The notes beneath the pieces were generated by a model, which saw only the letters and a list, made by a program, of their open reading frames with translations, was not told where the DNA came from and searched no databases. Both the position numbers and the translations under genes were made by a program. Positions 17,098 through 20,585 of a stretch of DNA of 20,585 nucleotides are shown here, one piece after another. Source of the DNA: PVC group bacterium (lineage in GTDB: Bacteria > Auribacterota > Erginobacteria > Erginobacterales > Erginobacteraceae). Positions within the stretch are counted from its first letter, which is position 1. Every line of letters starts with the position of its first letter. Location of the stretch: contig JAZDIV010000100.1 in the NCBI GenBank assembly GCA_043804695.1, positions 1 through 20,585 on the forward strand, written 5' to 3'.

Positions 17098-17229
17098 ACT
17101 TAGCTCTCACTTCGTTCGGGCAACGTTCTGAAGTGCCTAAAGTTAAAAAATTCCTCATCGCCACCGGAGTGGAAACGCTATATTGTTTAGTATTTTGACA
17201 GTTATTAAAATTCCGAATGAGTAAATTAG
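17098..17229 (-). repeat. Composite element upstream of dnaE2
   Basis: 46-bp near-copy of the thrS upstream element (17098-17143), plus AAAATTCCGAATGAGTAAATTAG (17207-17229) resembling AAAATTCCGAAGCAGTAAAATTAG (13372-13395). Confidence 0.75.
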
Positions 17230-17437
17230 TTTATTTTTTTCGGAGAAAAAAAATAATACCATATATATTTATGGTATTCAAGCGCAAAAAAAAGACCGAT
17301 TCCCCGGTTAAATGAGTTATCATGCTTTACGCGCGGCGCTCGCTTTTGAATCGGGTGCAGACTGAAAACAGACCCAGCGTCACCGGCGGCACCTGTACCG
17401 CCGTTCAAGTCAATCGGGAGAGAGGATTGGAAGAGCA

Positions 17438-19420
17438 ATGCGAAAGCATCTTCTTGTTGCCGGGTTCGTGTTATTGGTGAGCCCGGGATGCGGCGCCCCG
17501 GGGAAGCGGCCGCCATCGCTTCCGGTACCGGCGGCCGCCGGGCAGGAGTTTGTTCCGCGGTATGTTCAGCCCCTCTGGAAGGTCCGGACCGATGCCCCGG
17601 TCTATTCATCCCCGGCCGTCGCCGACGGGCTGGTCTGCTTCGGGAGCAATGACGGCAGCCTTTACGCGGTTGATCCCTCAACCGGGGAAGAACGCTGGCT
17701 GTTCAAGACCGATGGAGCCGTCTGTTCTTCTCCGGCCATAGCTGACGGGGCCGTCTATGTCGGCAGCCTGGATGGGCATCTCTACGCAATCGATGCCGTG
17801 ACCGGGCGGGAACGCTGGAAGTTCGTGACCGGCAATGAGATCGCTTCGTCCCCCGCGATCGCGGGCGGCAGCCTCTTCTTCGGCTGTAATGACGGGACCC
17901 TTTATGCCCTGGAGACGGCCACCGGCAGGGAAAAGTGGTCTTATAAAACGGGGGGCGGGATCTGGTCATCGCCGCTGGTGTCCGGGGATGCCGTGTACGT
18001 CGGCAGCAATGATACATACCTCCATGCGCTGGATGCAGGAACGGGCCGTCTCCGCTGGCGGTTCAAAACCGGGGATCAGGTCTGGTCATCCCCCGCCGTG
18101 GCCTTCGGAAAAGTTTATTGCGGCAGCAACGACGGCGTGCTCTACGCAGTGGACAGCGCCACCGGCCGGTTGCGGTGGCGCTTTTCGTGCGGCGGCGCGG
18201 CGTTTTCCCCGGCGATAGCCGGAGAGACGGTATATGTCGGCAGCATGGATCATTATCTCTACGCGATCGACAGGAAGACCGGCCGGGAACAGTGGCGCTT
18301 TGCCACCGGCGGACCGATCCGGTCTGCCCCGGCAGTGGTAGACGGGGTGGTCTGCCTGGGCAGCGGCGACGGCGATTTCTATGCGATCGACTTGTCAACC
18401 GGGAGGGAGAAATGGCGTTGCCGGACCGGCAACGTGGTCTGGTCTTCGCCCGCCGCGGCGGGCGATTTTCTTTATTTCGGGAGCTTCGACGGTTGTCTCT
18501 ACGCGGTGAACGGCAACCCGCCTCCGCCGACCCCGACCGCCTCTCCCCTCTTGATGCCGTCTCCGACATCCACCGCGACTCCTCCTCCTCCCGCCGCCTC
18601 CCCCACCCCCTCTCCCGCGCCCGTGCCGTCCGTGACCGCGTTGCCGTCCCCGGCCCCGCAGTCCGCGGCCTCCCCCTCCCCCGTTCCATCAGCTTCCGCG
18701 ACCCCGACGCCGTCCCCCGCGGTAACGCCTCCGGCCGTTCCTCCGGCGACCAGCACGCCGGCCCCTTCAGAAACGTCCCCGCCGACCGCGACCCGGCCGC
18801 CGCCCTCCCCGACCGTCTCACCGGCGTCCACGCTCCCGCCCTCTCTTCCGCCATCGCCTTCGCCAACATCCACAATACCGCCGCCGTCACCCTCTCCCGC
18901 CGTTCAACCGCTCCGATCACCTTCGCCGTCTCCGACCGGGCCGCCGGGTCCGCTGAAATCTCCGCCGCCGGCACCATCACGGCCCGCGACACCCTCCCCG
19001 ACCGGAACTCCGAAAGTGACTCCTTCTCCCACCGGCACATCGACGCCGGCACCATCTCCGACAGGGACAGCAGCACTGAAGGCATCCCCACCCGGGACAC
19101 CGGAGCCGCCTAAATCCCCGACGCCGATACCACCTCCGGCATTGACACCGGAACCCGCCCCCTCTTCTCCAGCAGCACTACCCTCCCCTCCCCCGGCCAG
19201 TGTGCCGACGGTAACGCCGGCCCCGCTCCCGACCCCCGGCGGACCGGGAAGCGCATCTGGCATCATCTTCCGAAAGAAGAACGGTGCCGCCGCGGTCAGC
19301 ATTATCGGGAGCGGCGACACCCCCCTTTCAATTACAATCGGAGGGAGAGAAAAGGCAACCAACCGGGGGCAGCGACGGCAGCGGCAGCGAATGACCCCAT
19401 TACCTTTCCCATCACCCTGA
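17438..19420 (+). CDS. Predicted lipoprotein: 8-bladed PQQ-like (BamB-type) beta-propeller plus ~245-aa Pro/Ser/Thr-rich region
   Basis: Signal peptide ending in a lipobox-like SPGC (Cys18); eight ~40-aa repeats W.F.TG..V.SSPA..G..VY.GS.DG.LYA.D..TG (17576-18517); P/S/T tract at ~18518-19250. Confidence 0.85.
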   Translation: MRKHLLVAGFVLLVSPGCGAPGKRPPSLPVPAAAGQEFVPRYVQPLWKVRTDAPVYSSPAVADGLVCFGSNDGSLYAVDPSTGEERWLFKTDGAVCSSPAIADGAVYVGSLDGHLYAIDAVTGRERWKFVTGNEIASSPAIAGGSLFFGCNDGTLYALETATGREKWSYKTGGGIWSSPLVSGDAVYVGSNDTYLHALDAGTGRLRWRFKTGDQVWSSPAVAFGKVYCGSNDGVLYAVDSATGRLRWRFSCGGAAFSPAIAGETVYVGSMDHYLYAIDRKTGREQWRFATGGPIRSAPAVVDGVVCLGSGDGDFYAIDLSTGREKWRCRTGNVVWSSPAAAGDFLYFGSFDGCLYAVNGNPPPPTPTASPLLMPSPTSTATPPPPAASPTPSPAPVPSVTALPSPAPQSAASPSPVPSASATPTPSPAVTPPAVPPATSTPAPSETSPPTATRPPPSPTVSPASTLPPSLPPSPSPTSTIPPPSPSPAVQPLRSPSPSPTGPPGPLKSPPPAPSRPATPSPTGTPKVTPSPTGTSTPAPSPTGTAALKASPPGTPEPPKSPTPIPPPALTPEPAPSSPAALPSPPPASVPTVTPAPLPTPGGPGSASGIIFRKKNGAAAVSIIGSGDTPLSITIGGREKATNRGQRRQRQRMTPLPFPSP

Positions 19421-19482
19421 ATAGATTGCCGGGACTCGGTGCATTTAAGTGAATTTGCCACCGTCCACGACCGCGACAATCT

Positions 19483-19690
19483 TCATCGGTTGGCGGTCAG
19501 GGGGATATAATCGGCCACACAGTAATACGCTGGTAAAGTTTCTTTCCGCCCATAAACCCCACTTGTTCCGGAATCCGGCGGCGTCACCGGTCTCATCCCC
19601 GTCGTAATCGGCCACAACCGCTTCGTCGGCCCCCCCCGAAATATATTCGTCTTTTTCCTCTCATGGCCCAGAGCCCGGAATCCACCGATT
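19483..19690 (-). pseudogene. Frameshifted remnant of a DxDGD (FG-GAP/VCBS-like) repeat protein C-terminus
   Basis: Across two frameshifts it reads SGLWAMRGKRRIYFGG / ADEAVVADYDGDETGDAAGFRNKWGLWAERNFTSV / YCVADYIPLTANR*. GLWA repeats on both sides of the first shift, which lies in a G8 run (19630-19637). Confidence 0.6.
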
Positions 19691-19790
19691 GTTCCGATAC
19701 CCAGGTATGCTCCAGATCTATGAACTCGGCATATTCGACCCGGTTAGGCTGGGTGGAGGCGTCCCGGCCGAACGTCAAATAATACATGAC

Positions 19791-19824
19791 TTGACATCTG
19801 GCGTGACTCATGCCATATTATGGC
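19791..19824 (+). promoter_or_regulatory. sigma70 promoter and candidate operator of the TA operon
   Basis: TTGACA (19791-19796)-N17-CATATT (19814-19819) with an extended TG; palindrome GCCAT-ATT-ATGGC (19812-19824) overlaps the -10. Confidence 0.7.
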
Positions 19825-19828
19825 CACA

Positions 19829-20122
19829 ATGACATATCGGATCACATTGTCGCCGCAAACAAGGACACAGTTCCATAACCTTTCTGCTTACGACAGGGCG
19901 AAAGTGCGAGACGCGATTGACGACCATCTCCAGCATCGTCCGACGGTAGAAAGCAAGAGCCGGATCAAGCGACTGCGGGACTTGAAGAAGCCGCAATACC
20001 GGCTTCGCGTGGGCGACCTCCGTGTTTTCTATGACGTCGAGGAAGCTCAGGTGATTGTCCATGGCGTCGTTGACAAGACACATGCGGAGGAATGGCTCGC
20101 GGAAATAGGAGAACGAACATGA
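19829..20122 (+). CDS. RelE/ParE-family type II toxin
   Basis: MTYRITLS, SRIKRLR and YRLRVGDLRVFYDV. ATG 19829 is favoured because ATG 19820 abuts the -10 box. Confidence 0.88.
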   Translation: MTYRITLSPQTRTQFHNLSAYDRAKVRDAIDDHLQHRPTVESKSRIKRLRDLKKPQYRLRVGDLRVFYDVEEAQVIVHGVVDKTHAEEWLAEIGERT

Positions 20123-20379
20123 AAAAAGTTGCATTTGCCGAAGTCAGAGACCACCTCTCAAGATATCTTGTTGAGGCGAGTGAAGAGCAGATCGTCATTA
20201 CAAAACACGGGAAGCCGGCGGGTGTTCTCAGCGGCTTCGCGACCGAGGACGACTGGTTCGACTTTCGTCTGGAGAATGACCCTAGGTTTCTGAAGAAAAT
20301 CGAGGAATCAAGAGCCAGTATTCGCGCCGGTCAAGGCATTCCCTGGGAACGCGTCAAGAAGGAAGACGATGAGCGGTAA
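20119..20379 (+). CDS. Phd/YefM-family antitoxin
   Basis: MKKVAFAEVRDHLSRYL..EEQIVITKHGKPAGVL; ATGA overlap with the toxin stop; SD AGGAG. Confidence 0.9.
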   Translation: MKKVAFAEVRDHLSRYLVEASEEQIVITKHGKPAGVLSGFATEDDWFDFRLENDPRFLKKIEESRASIRAGQGIPWERVKKEDDER

Positions 20380-20398
20380 TAGTTTAGCACGCCCATAT

Positions 20399-20476
20399 TG
20401 GCCATATTGGGGTCAAATCTTTCCTCTTGACAATTGGTGGCCATATTGGGGTCAAATCTTTCCTCTTGACAATTGG
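20399..20476. repeat. Exact 39-bp tandem duplication containing the end of the adjacent gene
   Basis: TGGCCATATTGGGGTCAAATCTTTCCTCTTGACAATTGG at 20399-20437 and 20438-20476, with a partial CCATATTGG at 20393. Confidence 0.92.
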
Positions 20477-20585
20477 ATCAACTGATCGTTTAGTTTCTCG
20501 AATTTTCTTCTCGCTTCCGGATTCTCCCTCATCCGCTTCTGGAATCTCTTCCGGGCCTGGCTGACCGCGCTATAATCGATTCCTC
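20452..20585 (-). CDS. 3' end of a probable RAYT/IS200-like tyrosine transposase with a C-terminal DnaA-C/TrpR-like HTH (partial, runs off the window)
   Basis: Not in the ORF track. Reads GIDYSAVSQARKRFQKRMRENPEARRKFEKLNDQLIQLSRGKI*, with the stop inside TGACCCC. The helix pattern and terminal motif match my recollection of this family; only 43 aa are visible. Confidence 0.6.
   Translation of the reverse strand, partial: GIDYSAVSQARKRFQKRMRENPEARRKFEKLNDQLIQLSRGKI

Noticed and set aside
14993..17131. 712-aa + strand ORF, and other long antisense ORFs (2292-3683, 5300-6472, 360-1235, 9003-9881, 11885-12712)
   Set aside because: They are antisense shadows of clear GC-rich genes and show no recognisable motifs.
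17093..17164. N-terminal extensions of dnaE2 (to 17164) and thrS (to 13300) in the ORF track
   Set aside because: Both translate the same repeat element (..EVRAK..); family homology begins at ATG 17092 and 13279.
17085..17230. LexA box upstream of dnaE2
   Set aside because: No convincing match to CTGT-N8-ACAG, GAAC-N4-GTTC, GTTC-N7-GTTC or TGTTC-N4-GAACA.
18063..19479. Alternative-frame and antisense ORFs over the Pro-rich region
   Set aside because: They are by-products of low-complexity CCN/TCN/ACN codons.
19630..19637. G8 tract as a phase-variation switch
   Set aside because: A second frameshift and the missing 5' portion mean that slippage would not restore a full gene.
20399..20476. 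39-bp repeats as a CRISPR array
   Set aside because: Two abutting copies with no spacer and no cas genes; the unit contains the end of a coding sequence.

Overview
A GC-rich bacterial chromosomal window. Most of it is a minus-strand housekeeping cluster: tRNA-Val(GAC), thrS, infC (ATT start), rpmI, rplT, pheS, pheT, a probable 6S RNA, rarA, 5-formyl-THF cyclo-ligase, rny, ymdB and xseA. Upstream lie a stand-alone DnaE2-like polymerase and a 49-aa membrane peptide. The right end is accessory DNA: a divergent beta-propeller lipoprotein with a long Pro/Ser/Thr stalk, a frameshifted DxDGD-repeat remnant, a toxin-first RelE/Phd toxin-antitoxin pair, and the 3' end of a probable RAYT-like HUH transposase whose last 39 bp are tandemly duplicated. 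Two signals go beyond the gene calls. (1) The TA pair sits between GTCAAAT-N8/10-TTGACA motifs related to the transposase end, which looks like a transposase-linked cassette. (2) Most housekeeping spacers carry small palindromic elements, including a recurring GNA-triloop/tandem-GA hairpin with compensatory changes that sits just upstream of several start codons. All calls come from reading the sequence; no searches or folding programs were run.
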